In this document: in pieces, positions 28,787-37,801 of the stretch
How the letters are laid out: the number at the start of each line of letters is the position of its first letter
Position numbering within the stretch: the first letter of the stretch is position 1
Source of the DNA: Bdellovibrionales bacterium
GTDB lineage: Bacteria > Bdellovibrionota > Bdellovibrionia > Bdellovibrionales > UBA1609
Direction of reading: 5' to 3'
NCBI GenBank assembly: GCA_041690295.1
Contig: JAWLHR010000014.1
Location: 1 to 64,000, forward strand
Length of the DNA stretch: 64,000 nt
Made by a program: the position numbers and the translations under genes
Notes under the pieces: model-generated
Database searches by the model: none
What the model was told of the DNA's origin: nothing
What the model saw: only the letters and a program-made list of their open reading frames with translations

Positions 28787-30886
28787 TTAAGGAAATTCAC
28801 TTTCAATCCACTCTATAAAACTACTTTTTGTCAGAACCTCGGGCAACACGGTTCCTTCCGGATTGCGCGGCGAGAAAAGAACATAGAAAGGAACGCCGAC
28901 ACGTTGATAACGGTCAAGAAAACGCGTGATTTCCTCGCTTCTTTGTGTCCAATCGCCTTTAACCTGAACCACATTCTTCTTTTTCAGCAGATCTTGAATC
29001 TCCGGGTCACTAAAGACCAGTTTTTCATTCACCTTACAGGTCAAACACCAATCGGCCGTCATGTTCACAAAAACGTTTTGGTCTTTAAGTTCGTTTAAAA
29101 GATTAAAGGAAAATGGCTTCCAATCGCCTTGAGCGACTTCAGAAGATTCACCCGAAGTCGAACTTGATGATTTATTATGGACATATCCTAAAAGGACCGC
29201 AAGAACTCCGGCGGCGATCAGACCCGCCGATTTTCGAGGCGGCCGCATGAGCACGAAGAGCAGAATCACCCCACAGCCGACCAAGACAGCCGCCACCGGA
29301 CCGGGACTGGCCACCTGTCTAAGTACCCAAAGCAACCAAGCCACCGTAAGTAGGAGCGGGATGGCCATGAGTTGTTTAAGCCGGATCATCCATGGGCCCG
29401 GTTTTGGCAAAATGCGAATCAGGCCCGGGTGCACGGTGATCACCAAATAGGGAAACGCCAATCCCAAACCCAAGGTCAAAAAGATCGCCAGTAGGATGGG
29501 AACGGGTTGCGAAATGCCGAACCCAAGGGCCACACCCATGAAAGGTGCCGTGCATGGCGAGGCCACGACCACCGCCAACACTCCGGTGAAGAAGGAACCC
29601 CAGGCACCGCCCAGCCTTGTCCAGCGATGTCCGAGATTGGCGCTTAACAAATCAATTTCAAAAATCCCGATCAGATTTAGCGCGAGGGCGAAAAACAACC
29701 AGCAAAGAAAGGTCAGAAAGATCGCCGACTGCAATTGAAATCCCCAACCGATTAAATGTCCGGCGGAACGAAGGCCGGAAAGCACCAGCGCGATCAAGGC
29801 GAAAGAAAGCATGACTCCCGCCGTGTAAGCGAGATTTTGTTTGCGGATTTCTCTGCGATCCGAATCGGCGATTTTGAGAAGACTCAGAAGTTTGATCGAA
29901 AGAACAGGAAACACACAAGGCATCAGGTTCAAAATCAATCCGCCCAGAAACGCGGAAAGCAGCATGATCAACGTGTGCATCAGCTCTTTTGACTCAGGAA
30001 GTTGCTCCGTGAATTTCCATCCTGGATCACCGAATTGCCATGCTTCGATTTTGCCGCTTTCTGAATCACGACTGACCAACACGCCGATCCGATCAGCGCC
30101 CACCGCGGGAACCTTGGAGCGCTTAAGCTTGAGCACCAAAGGGTTCGACCCTCTGGCCGTCGCTTGTTCGTTGCTCACTCCGCTGCCGCGGAAGGGAAAA
30201 AAATCAATGAACTGGCGGCCCGCGGTCCACATGGGAATTTCAAGCCGCATATCCTGCTCGGCTTCGACGAAACGAAGTCCATGATCCTCGATCACCTTGG
30301 GCAACCGCGCGCGAGTCTCCTGGAACAATTGAAAGTGCTCGCCGGGTTTGACCTCTTCCAAGTTGCCTATGGGAAGATCCAACCTGAAGGTATCGATCGC
30401 GGGAATGCAGACTTCGTCGCAAACCAGCCACTCGGCATCCACCGCGACTTTGGCGGTTTGCCCGGGAAGCGCCTTGCGATCGATTTCAATTTCAATGGGA
30501 AACAGAACTTCATCAAAGTAAGCGAAAGAAACCAAAGACGAACTGACCTTGCGGGTCGGCACCGGCATGTGCACGGCTTTGACTTTGATCTCAGGGCCGT
30601 TTTTAAAATCCAGACGGATCGGTGCGCCGGAATCTCCCGGGTTCACCCAATAGGTGTGCCACTTGTCAACCAAGGTGATGTAAAGACCGACATAGGCCGT
30701 CGCACCGGGCGGCGCCGCGGTTGTTTCACTGATCAGCTTTCCGGTTGTGAATTTGCGCCAGGATGAAAAATCCTTGGCGGTCTCTTGCTCAGCCGCGGAC
30801 TCCGCGGCGGTGGCGCTGACAAAACAAATCGCCAACAGACTCGCGAAACAGAGATTTTTAATTGAAGTGAAAAATTCTTTCACCAT
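28787..30886 (-). CDS. dsbD: Protein-disulfide reductase DsbD family
   Basis: WHTYWVNPGDSG, CDEVC, LNLMPCVFP, ASPCTAP, WCLTC. Confidence 0.93.
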   Translation of the reverse strand: MVKEFFTSIKNLCFASLLAICFVSATAAESAAEQETAKDFSSWRKFTTGKLISETTAAPPGATAYVGLYITLVDKWHTYWVNPGDSGAPIRLDFKNGPEIKVKAVHMPVPTRKVSSSLVSFAYFDEVLFPIEIEIDRKALPGQTAKVAVDAEWLVCDEVCIPAIDTFRLDLPIGNLEEVKPGEHFQLFQETRARLPKVIEDHGLRFVEAEQDMRLEIPMWTAGRQFIDFFPFRGSGVSNEQATARGSNPLVLKLKRSKVPAVGADRIGVLVSRDSESGKIEAWQFGDPGWKFTEQLPESKELMHTLIMLLSAFLGGLILNLMPCVFPVLSIKLLSLLKIADSDRREIRKQNLAYTAGVMLSFALIALVLSGLRSAGHLIGWGFQLQSAIFLTFLCWLFFALALNLIGIFEIDLLSANLGHRWTRLGGAWGSFFTGVLAVVVASPCTAPFMGVALGFGISQPVPILLAIFLTLGLGLAFPYLVITVHPGLIRILPKPGPWMIRLKQLMAIPLLLTVAWLLWVLRQVASPGPVAAVLVGCGVILLFVLMRPPRKSAGLIAAGVLAVLLGYVHNKSSSSTSGESSEVAQGDWKPFSFNLLNELKDQNVFVNMTADWCLTCKVNEKLVFSDPEIQDLLKKKNVVQVKGDWTQRSEEITRFLDRYQRVGVPFYVLFSPRNPEGTVLPEVLTKSSFIEWIESEFP

Positions 30887-32156
30887 GGAATGCCCCCAAA
30901 ATCCGACCTGGCAATTTGGCCCCTACAAAACAACTGTTTTTGGAAAGGCTCGAAATGTCATCTACTTTGTATTCGAATTCTGGAGCATGAACATCGACCA
31001 ATACCGCATGAAATTTCGCTCCCGGCGTGAACGCACCGAACTCCGCCGGCAACCGAAGGAAATTCGCCGGCCGCCGCGAGAAAACTTCCACAAACCTCTG
31101 CGGCGTCAGCCATCCTTTTCTCAAACCGAAAATCAAAACATGAAGCGTGGTCTCAAGTCCCAACGTGCCGAAGGCCACTTGATCGAAATGGCCCTTTTTC
31201 ATCGCTTCCTCATGGGGCGCGTGATCCGTGGCCACGAAATCCAAAACGCCGTCGCTCAATGCCTGCCAGAGCGCTTGTTGATCTTCGGGAGACCGGATCG
31301 GCGGATTCATTTTGAACGAGGTGTTGGAGCCATCAATGGTCTCCGTATTAAAAAATAAGTGGTGAGGCGTCACTTCTGCGGTGACGTTCAAACCTTCATC
31401 CTTGGCTTGCCGAACCAACTCCAACGTGTGCCGGCTGGAAACATGCAAAACGTGGTAGCGCGCGCCCGGATGTTTGCGAAGTTCACGCAAATCGCGCTCA
31501 ACCATTTTCCATTCCGGTTCATCCGGATACGGTTTGGCGCCGACTTTCTCCTGCACAGGACCCGGCGCCAACGATCCCCCGTGACCCAAGAACTCCGCAT
31601 GCTGCAGAAGGGGGACACCAAGTGATTCCAGCCGCGCGAAGGCTTGCTCCATGACGGAATCGTCCAACACGCCGAGACCGTCGTTCGTGAAGGCGCGCAC
31701 GCCGGCCTTCACCAATTCCTCATAAGCCGTGGGCTCCTTGCTGTTGAGCCGTTTAGTGATCGCCGCCGACCAGAAAACCTTGAGGCCGAATTCGTACTCG
31801 AGATCGGCCACTTCTTTTCGGCCCATTTCCAAGGCCTCAATGGAATCAATTGTGGGCTGCGTGTTCGGCATGGTGAGCACGGCCGAATATCCGCCCTTAA
31901 GGGCGGCGGTTAAGCCGGTGCGAGGAGTTTCTTTATGGGACTGACCAGGAACGCGAAGATGAGTTTGGGCATCCACGCCGGCGGGCATCAGGACGTGCCC
32001 GCCACCGTCGATCACTTCCGCTTTCGACGGCGTTGAGGGATTAATTGCCGTGAACAAACCGTTTTCGACTAAGACCCGGGCGTTCGGAATGACCTCACGA
32101 TCGGTCCAGACCTTAATATTCTCGATGATGTAGTCGGATTTATTTTCCCGCGTCAC
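30858..32156 (-). CDS. pyrC: Dihydroorotase
   Basis: THLRVPG, TMPNT, EVTPHHL, KMNPPIR, ATDHAPH; start placed at GTG 32156 (promoter 7 nt upstream). Confidence 0.9.
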   Translation of the reverse strand: MTRENKSDYIIENIKVWTDREVIPNARVLVENGLFTAINPSTPSKAEVIDGGGHVLMPAGVDAQTHLRVPGQSHKETPRTGLTAALKGGYSAVLTMPNTQPTIDSIEALEMGRKEVADLEYEFGLKVFWSAAITKRLNSKEPTAYEELVKAGVRAFTNDGLGVLDDSVMEQAFARLESLGVPLLQHAEFLGHGGSLAPGPVQEKVGAKPYPDEPEWKMVERDLRELRKHPGARYHVLHVSSRHTLELVRQAKDEGLNVTAEVTPHHLFFNTETIDGSNTSFKMNPPIRSPEDQQALWQALSDGVLDFVATDHAPHEEAMKKGHFDQVAFGTLGLETTLHVLIFGLRKGWLTPQRFVEVFSRRPANFLRLPAEFGAFTPGAKFHAVLVDVHAPEFEYKVDDISSLSKNSCFVGAKLPGRILGAFHGERIFHFN

Positions 32157-32192
32157 CGGAGAGAAGCTAACACGCCCCTCCTCGGGGCGCAA

Positions 32193-32837
32193 TTAACGAG
32201 GCGCGGTTTCCTGCAGAAGCCAGGAGGCCAAGTCCCTCTTGCTCGGGTCATCGGACACCGAGAAGGAGTTCTTCCACATATCCAACTGGAAGGTGAGATT
32301 CTGATAGTCCGCTTGAGTCATGCCCTGAACTTGGGGCGCGTTCTTGAAACTATCCACCATACAACCCGCCTTGCGCCACATTTCTTCAATAGTCTGCGGT
32401 TGAGCATTAAGGCAGAGACGAACGAAATCAGCACTCACACCCTCGAAGCAATTCCGGGTCACGCCCACAATGCCACAGGCCGGGGAGGACATCGTGGAAG
32501 GAACGGAAACGTCCATGCTAAATTTGCAATATACGTCACGCTTCCCGATCCCGCGAAGGATGTTTTCCTCGTCTTTAATGTCGGTGAAAGTAATGTTTTG
32601 GGCGCTCGGGTTCTGTCTCTGAACCACTTGCACGTACTCTTGACAAAGAGCATCGCTAATCCGGCGGGCGCCTTTATTCACCAGGATCCAGCCGGTGTTC
32701 ACCGTTTTAATTTCCTTAGGGTGAGAGGGGTGCGCACAGGTTCCATACTCCACCTGGTAGCTGGGGTTACAGGTCTCCTGAGCGGAAGCGAAACCGGGCA
32801 AAAATACAGCTAAAGCCAATAAAACCATAGGGCGCAT
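32193..32837 (-). CDS. Secreted Cys-rich hypothetical protein
   Basis: GGAGG RBS before ATG 32837; signal peptide (ASA-Q); 8 Cys. The longer track ORF crosses the tRNA and is spurious. Confidence 0.8.
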   Translation of the reverse strand: MRPMVLLALAVFLPGFASAQETCNPSYQVEYGTCAHPSHPKEIKTVNTGWILVNKGARRISDALCQEYVQVVQRQNPSAQNITFTDIKDEENILRGIGKRDVYCKFSMDVSVPSTMSSPACGIVGVTRNCFEGVSADFVRLCLNAQPQTIEEMWRKAGCMVDSFKNAPQVQGMTQADYQNLTFQLDMWKNSFSVSDDPSKRDLASWLLQETAPR

Positions 32838-32868
32838 GAAATCCTCCAATTGGTACGCGCTGGGGAAC

Positions 32869-32884
32869 TGCAATGGATATGCCC
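32869..32884 (-). promoter_or_regulatory. Putative sigma-54 promoter
   Basis: GGGCAT-ATCCA-TTGCA (GG-N10-GC). Confidence 0.65.
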
Positions 32885-32959
32885 GTTTTAAGTCACGCTT
32901 TCTTGACTTCATGCCTAAATCATTTAGAAAAAGTTCCCAAGCGATCTTTTTTTGAACAT

Positions 32960-33036
32960 GTGCTCGTAGCTCAGCTGGATAGAGTGTCGCCCTCCGAAGG
33001 CGAAGGTCAGGCGTTCGAATCGCCTCGAGCACACCA
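32960..33036 (+). tRNA. tRNA-Arg(CCG)
   Basis: Cloverleaf: GTGCTCG/CGAGCAC acceptor stem, D arm, TCGCC-CTCCGAA-GGCGA anticodon arm, TTCGAAT T loop, encoded CCA. Confidence 0.97.
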
Positions 33037-33054
33037 TTTTTTAAAGCCCTGATT

Positions 33055-33624
33055 ATGCTGGCGATCCGCACTCTCGAACTCAATGACCTCCCGGAGCTGA
33101 AGCGATTCACGGATAAGGAAATCGGCGAAGGTTATTATTCGTCAGCCGAACTCGAAGACATCTTTCAAAGATCCAGCTCAAACGGGATCATGTGCTCGCT
33201 CGTTTTGGTGGACCGTGAAAACAGCGAAATCCTTGGCGTTCGCATTTCCTATCCACCGGGACACTGGCGCCACGGCAAGGGCCATGGCTTGGTTCCCGAA
33301 AAATGGCCACACTCAATCGACCAAACCGCTTATTTTCAGTCCCTCTTCCTCGCATCCTCGGTTCAAGGTCAAGGTTGGGGCGGAAAGCTTTCGCGGGAAA
33401 GTTTAATTAGGCTTAAGGAAGCGGGCGCCAAAGGCGTTGTTTGCCATTCTTGGAAGGAGAGTCCCCACAACTCATCCACGAGGTATTTGCAAAAGCTCGG
33501 GTTTCAGGTTGTCGCGGAACACAAAGAGTATTGGCGGGATGTCCAATATGACTGCACCCGTTGCAAGAAACCTCCCTGCAGGTGTACAGCTCTGGAAATG
33601 TATTTAAGCCTGGAAGGTACCTGA
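33055..33624 (+). CDS. GNAT N-acetyltransferase with C-terminal Cys cluster
   Basis: QGQGWGG acetyl-CoA motif, YLQKLGF, CTRCKKPPCRC. Confidence 0.85.
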   Translation: MLAIRTLELNDLPELKRFTDKEIGEGYYSSAELEDIFQRSSSNGIMCSLVLVDRENSEILGVRISYPPGHWRHGKGHGLVPEKWPHSIDQTAYFQSLFLASSVQGQGWGGKLSRESLIRLKEAGAKGVVCHSWKESPHNSSTRYLQKLGFQVVAEHKEYWRDVQYDCTRCKKPPCRCTALEMYLSLEGT

Positions 33625-34793
33625 TGAGTTCGTCCTATTGGCTCGACCGCTCGCGACCCGGTGAAAAGAAAACCTATGATGCGGTTATTGTCGGAGCGGG
33701 AATTTCCGGCTTATCCACCGCTTACTGGCTGAATAAAGAAGACCCGTCATTGAATATCGCCATCATTGAAAAATCGCGTCTCGCCTTCGGTGCGAGCGGC
33801 CGCAATGCCGGATTCATCACCTGCGGTTCGGTTGAACATTTCAATCGCATGATCAGCAAGCATGGACTTGAACAAGCCACGGAGATCTGGCGTTTCGCCC
33901 AAGAGAACCTCCGGCTCTTAAAAGAAGAAATCATTCAAGATCAAGCGGCCGAAATTCAATTTGAACAAAACGGAGCTTACTCACTGGCGGCCCAGGAGAA
34001 TGAATTCGAAGAGCTGAAGAAAGTGGCGGAGATCATGAGCGCGCTGGACATTCGCACGAAAATTCTCGGCGAAGAGGACGTCCGTGAACATGTCGGCGCC
34101 GTGAATTTCCGAGGTGGAATTCATTATCTTGACGATGCCTCGGTCAATCCCGTGCGTTTAGTCGAACGAATGCGCGCGCGGGTGAAGGCGGATCTTTTCG
34201 AAGGTGTCGAAGCCTACCGAATTGAAGACTCTGGAGATGGAACCCGGATCTTAAAGACCGATAACGGTGATTTCGAAGGGGCGATGATCATTCTCAATCT
34301 GAATGGTTACTCCGCCACCTTGAATCCCTACTTCGCCGATAAAATTTATCCGACCCGCGGCCAATGTTTGATGATGGAGTCCGTGCCCCGCTTTATGGAC
34401 GCCCCCTGCTACGCCAATTTCTACCTGGATTATTTTCGTCAGCTTCCGGATGGACAACTTCTCATCGGTGGGTTCCGGCAACTGGAAAAAGAGACCGAGG
34501 TCGGCTATTCCGACCACATCACCGTGCCGATCCAAAACGCGCTTCATGAGTTCGTCAAAACCCACCTACCCCAATTCAAAGACGCCAAAGTCACCCACCG
34601 CTGGTCTGGAGTGATGGGCTTTTCCCGTGACGGTGAGCCCCTGGTCGGCTCCTTGCCTGATGACCCCCAGGTTTTCTTCGCCGGCGGCTATACGGCCCAC
34701 GGGATCGGGCTTGCCTTCCATACAACCAAGCGCTTGGTTGATTTGATCTTTGGGCGTGAAATACCCAAATGGCTTTCGGCCCGAAGATTCTAA
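33624..34793 (+). CDS. FAD-dependent oxidoreductase (DAO/PuuB-like)
   Basis: SYW, GAGISG, GASGRNAGF, WSGVMG, GYTAHG; TGATG overlap. Confidence 0.9.
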   Translation: MSSSYWLDRSRPGEKKTYDAVIVGAGISGLSTAYWLNKEDPSLNIAIIEKSRLAFGASGRNAGFITCGSVEHFNRMISKHGLEQATEIWRFAQENLRLLKEEIIQDQAAEIQFEQNGAYSLAAQENEFEELKKVAEIMSALDIRTKILGEEDVREHVGAVNFRGGIHYLDDASVNPVRLVERMRARVKADLFEGVEAYRIEDSGDGTRILKTDNGDFEGAMIILNLNGYSATLNPYFADKIYPTRGQCLMMESVPRFMDAPCYANFYLDYFRQLPDGQLLIGGFRQLEKETEVGYSDHITVPIQNALHEFVKTHLPQFKDAKVTHRWSGVMGFSRDGEPLVGSLPDDPQVFFAGGYTAHGIGLAFHTTKRLVDLIFGREIPKWLSARRF

Positions 34794-34855
34794 TTGACGC
34801 ATCGCATATCTAAAGTGTAAAGTCACACGGCTATTTCATTGGGTAAGGGGCCGCT

Positions 34856-35641
34856 ATGAAACTCATATCATCTCTTGTTTTGTTAATCGTCATTCACTCT
34901 TCGGCTTTCGCGATGGATTTACCGTTCTTCACCGATCCCGCGCAGCCTGAGGCGCGCCCGCCGGAATCAACCCTTCGAATTCAAACTCCCCGGGGCCAGC
35001 CGATTGAACTAAATATTTATAATCCGGGAATGGCCAAAGGCGTTCTTTTCGGTCCCGGCCAAGGCTGCAATCCCCGCCGTGATATGTACGACCGCTTCGG
35101 TTCCGAGGCGGTGAAGAATGGATTCACCATGGTCAAGCTCACCTGGGCTTACTGTGTGAAGGGCGGCCCGTACGCCGGCCCGTCCGAAGACCTCGCCGAT
35201 GAACGAGAGGATTTCACGACGGCACTCACTTATATGAAAGAAAATCTGGCGATCGCGCCGGAGAACACGATCATCGGCGGTAAGTCGCTTGGCACCTATG
35301 TGGCCTTCGATAAGTTCATGTCCGCTCCGGAATTGCCGGCGCTGATCCTGCTCACACCGATTTGCACCGTGAATGGGAAAAACACCTTCGCCGAATTTTA
35401 TCCAGGACTCGAGAAACAAACTCGACCGGTTTACATGGCGATCGGCATGAATGATCAACTTTGTCAGGTCTCGCACTTTCACGAGTACGTCGCCGGCCAC
35501 GCGAAATACTTCCGTCCTTTAATCATCGCCGGGGATCATGGGTTTCGACTCTATGATCAGCTGAGGCAGGTGAATTCCGAATTAACCGGGGCTAACATCA
35601 TGGGACTCGCCCGTTGGTTATTCGGCTGGATCAATCATTAA
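34856..35641 (+). CDS. Secreted alpha/beta hydrolase
   Basis: Signal peptide, GKSLG, ND, GDHG catalytic-triad motifs. Confidence 0.8.
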   Translation: MKLISSLVLLIVIHSSAFAMDLPFFTDPAQPEARPPESTLRIQTPRGQPIELNIYNPGMAKGVLFGPGQGCNPRRDMYDRFGSEAVKNGFTMVKLTWAYCVKGGPYAGPSEDLADEREDFTTALTYMKENLAIAPENTIIGGKSLGTYVAFDKFMSAPELPALILLTPICTVNGKNTFAEFYPGLEKQTRPVYMAIGMNDQLCQVSHFHEYVAGHAKYFRPLIIAGDHGFRLYDQLRQVNSELTGANIMGLARWLFGWINH

Positions 35642-35703
35642 GCGGCACTGATTTTGAACGGTTGTGAACGATCCCAGCAACAACGAACTGAGGAGGTTCC
35701 ACC

Positions 35704-35877
35704 ATGCCAAAAAAACCCAGCCTGCGCGAAAGAATCGCTCGTGCGTTCCGTCAGCTGAAATCCCGTTACACTAAAACGCCTCGGCGCAAACAGACTTTTG
35801 ATCCGGTCGATGAAGCCTCACGGGAGTCTTTTCCCGCGAGTGACGCACCAGCCTGGACCGATATGAAGCCGCTTTAA
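35704..35877 (+). CDS. 57-aa small protein with SFPASD motif (absent from ORF track)
   Basis: GAGGAGG RBS; MPKKPSLRERIARAFRQLKSRYTKTPRRKQTFDPVDEASRESFPASDAPAWTDMKPL. Confidence 0.8.
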   Translation: MPKKPSLRERIARAFRQLKSRYTKTPRRKQTFDPVDEASRESFPASDAPAWTDMKPL

Positions 35878-35898
35878 CGGGGCAAATTAGGAATCGCG

Positions 35899-36702
35899 GT
35901 GCAATGGGTCTCAAAGCTCATTGATAAGATCGCGCGCGACGGGGTCGCGACAGAGGCGGCGGCATTGGCCTATTACACAGTCCTCTCCACCGCCCCCCTA
36001 TTACTTATCCTTTACACCGTACTCTCCTCCTTGGGCTTATCTTTGCAACAACAGATCCTTAGCGGAGCGAAGGATTTGATGGGCCCACAGCCAGCGAAAA
36101 CATTGGAATTCGTATTTAACTACGCGGAACGGAACCCCCTCGCCGGCCGCTTCGGTGTGGTCGCCCTTCTCTTCTCGGCCAGTGTGGTTTTTTATCAACT
36201 GCAAAACACGCTGAACCGGATCTTTAAAGTTCAGTCACAAGACAGCCTTTGGGACTATATCTGGCGCCGTTTGCGAAGCTTCGTGATGGTTCTCACCTTT
36301 GTTTTCGCCACGATCCTTTTTGTCCTTGCGACCATCACGCTCTCCTTTATCACCGACTCCTCCTTGGCGTGGTGGGGAAAACTGATTCAATTCATATCAA
36401 GTGTCGGCCTTTACACTTTGATTTTCGCTTTGATCTTTCGCTGGATGCCTGACGGCAGAGTTTCCTGGCGGGCCAGCTGGCTTGGCGGTCTCAGCACCGC
36501 GGTCATCTTCACTCTCGGCGGATCGTTGATCGGCGGCTACTTCAACCGAGTTGAACTCAGCGCGCCCTATGGCGCGGCCGGATCCATCATCGTTTTTCTC
36601 GTTTGGGCTTATGTTTCATCATTCATCATCTTAACCGGCGCGGAAATCGTGAGTCTTTTGAGCGCGCGAATCCTGAAAGGAGAACCGGCATGGAACCGTT
36701 GA
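35899..36702 (+). CDS. YihY/BrkB family membrane protein
   Basis: AAALAYY..S.APLL, LNRIF, YGAAGSII..L.W.Y. Confidence 0.92.
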   Translation: MQWVSKLIDKIARDGVATEAAALAYYTVLSTAPLLLILYTVLSSLGLSLQQQILSGAKDLMGPQPAKTLEFVFNYAERNPLAGRFGVVALLFSASVVFYQLQNTLNRIFKVQSQDSLWDYIWRRLRSFVMVLTFVFATILFVLATITLSFITDSSLAWWGKLIQFISSVGLYTLIFALIFRWMPDGRVSWRASWLGGLSTAVIFTLGGSLIGGYFNRVELSAPYGAAGSIIVFLVWAYVSSFIILTGAEIVSLLSARILKGEPAWNR

Positions 36703-36929
36703 AATGCGAAAACTGCGGCAATATTTACGACAAAGCTTTTCAAATCATACAAAGCGGAAAAACCCACACGTTCGACAGTTTTGAGTGCGCCATTCAAACG
36801 CTCGCCCCTCGCTGCATGCACTGTCAAACGCGGATTATCGGTCACGGTGTCGAGGAGAACGGGCACATTTTCTGTTGCGCGAACTGCGCATCCTTACACG
36901 GTCAGACCGGGTTAAGGGATCGGATCTGA
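36690..36929 (+). CDS. 79-aa Cys-rich metal-binding (metallothionein/TRASH-like) protein
   Basis: AAGGAG RBS; CENCG...FDSFEC...CMHC...GHG...FCCANC. Confidence 0.82.
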   Translation: MEPLKCENCGNIYDKAFQIIQSGKTHTFDSFECAIQTLAPRCMHCQTRIIGHGVEENGHIFCCANCASLHGQTGLRDRI

Positions 36930-37801
36930 TGGCCGCACGAGGCATCTGGAAAGGCTCCATCAGTTTTGGACTGCTCAATATTCCGGTTGTCCTCCACACC
37001 GCCGAAGAAGGCCGGGAACTGCACTTTCGCCTGTTGGACAAAAGAAATATGAGACCCGTGAAATACAAGAAAGTGAACAGTCAAACCGGCGAAGAAGTGC
37101 CCTATGAAAATATCGTCAAAGGCTTCGAGTTTGAACCCGGCCACTACGTGACCTTCACTCCCGAGGACCTAAAAGCCGTGAACCCCAAGGCCACGCAAAC
37201 CATCGACGTCAAGGATTTCGTGCCAATTGAAGAAATCGACACAATGCTGTTCGAACGTCCCTACTACCTTGTGCCGCAGAAAAGCGGGGTGAAAGGTTAC
37301 GAACTCTTTCGCGACGCTCTTGCCCACTCCAAGAAAGTGGCGATCGGCACCATTGTGATCCGCACCAAACAACATTTGGCGGCCATAATTCCCCGCGATC
37401 AGTATTTGATCCTCGAGCTTCTGCGGTTCGCGCATGAGATCAAAGAAGTTCAAGAAGCGGAATATTTCGAAGGGAGTAAAAAGCCGACTTACTCCAACCG
37501 TGAACTGCAGATGGCGGAAGCGTTGATCGAAGGAATGACCAGCGAGTGGGATCCCCGGCAGTACAAAGACACTTACTATGACGAAGTCATGAAGGCTATC
37601 GAACGTAAAGTGAAAACCGGCAAAGTCACCCGCATCAGTGAAGCCGAAGAACGCGTTGAGCCCACGACCGGAGTGGTGGATCTAGTGCCTTTGCTTAAAA
37701 AAAGTTTGGCCGAGAAAACCCGCCCCCACAAAGGTCCGCCACCCCACGGCCGGGGAAAGGGCAAGGCGCGCCATAAAGGTTCACAGAGGCAGCACGCGTG
37801 A
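36929..37801 (+). CDS. ku: NHEJ DNA end-binding protein Ku
   Basis: IWKGSISFGLLNIPV, IVKGFE, PYYL, basic C-terminal tail; TGATG overlap. Confidence 0.96.
   Translation: MAARGIWKGSISFGLLNIPVVLHTAEEGRELHFRLLDKRNMRPVKYKKVNSQTGEEVPYENIVKGFEFEPGHYVTFTPEDLKAVNPKATQTIDVKDFVPIEEIDTMLFERPYYLVPQKSGVKGYELFRDALAHSKKVAIGTIVIRTKQHLAAIIPRDQYLILELLRFAHEIKEVQEAEYFEGSKKPTYSNRELQMAEALIEGMTSEWDPRQYKDTYYDEVMKAIERKVKTGKVTRISEAEERVEPTTGVVDLVPLLKKSLAEKTRPHKGPPPHGRGKGKARHKGSQRQHA

Noticed and set aside
32838..33110. N-terminal extension of track ORF 32193..33110
   Set aside because: Runs antisense through tRNA-Arg; RBS and signal peptide mark ATG 32837 as the start
33055..33624. GNAT toxin-antitoxin system
   Set aside because: No adjacent RHH antitoxin; coupled to a metabolic oxidoreductase instead
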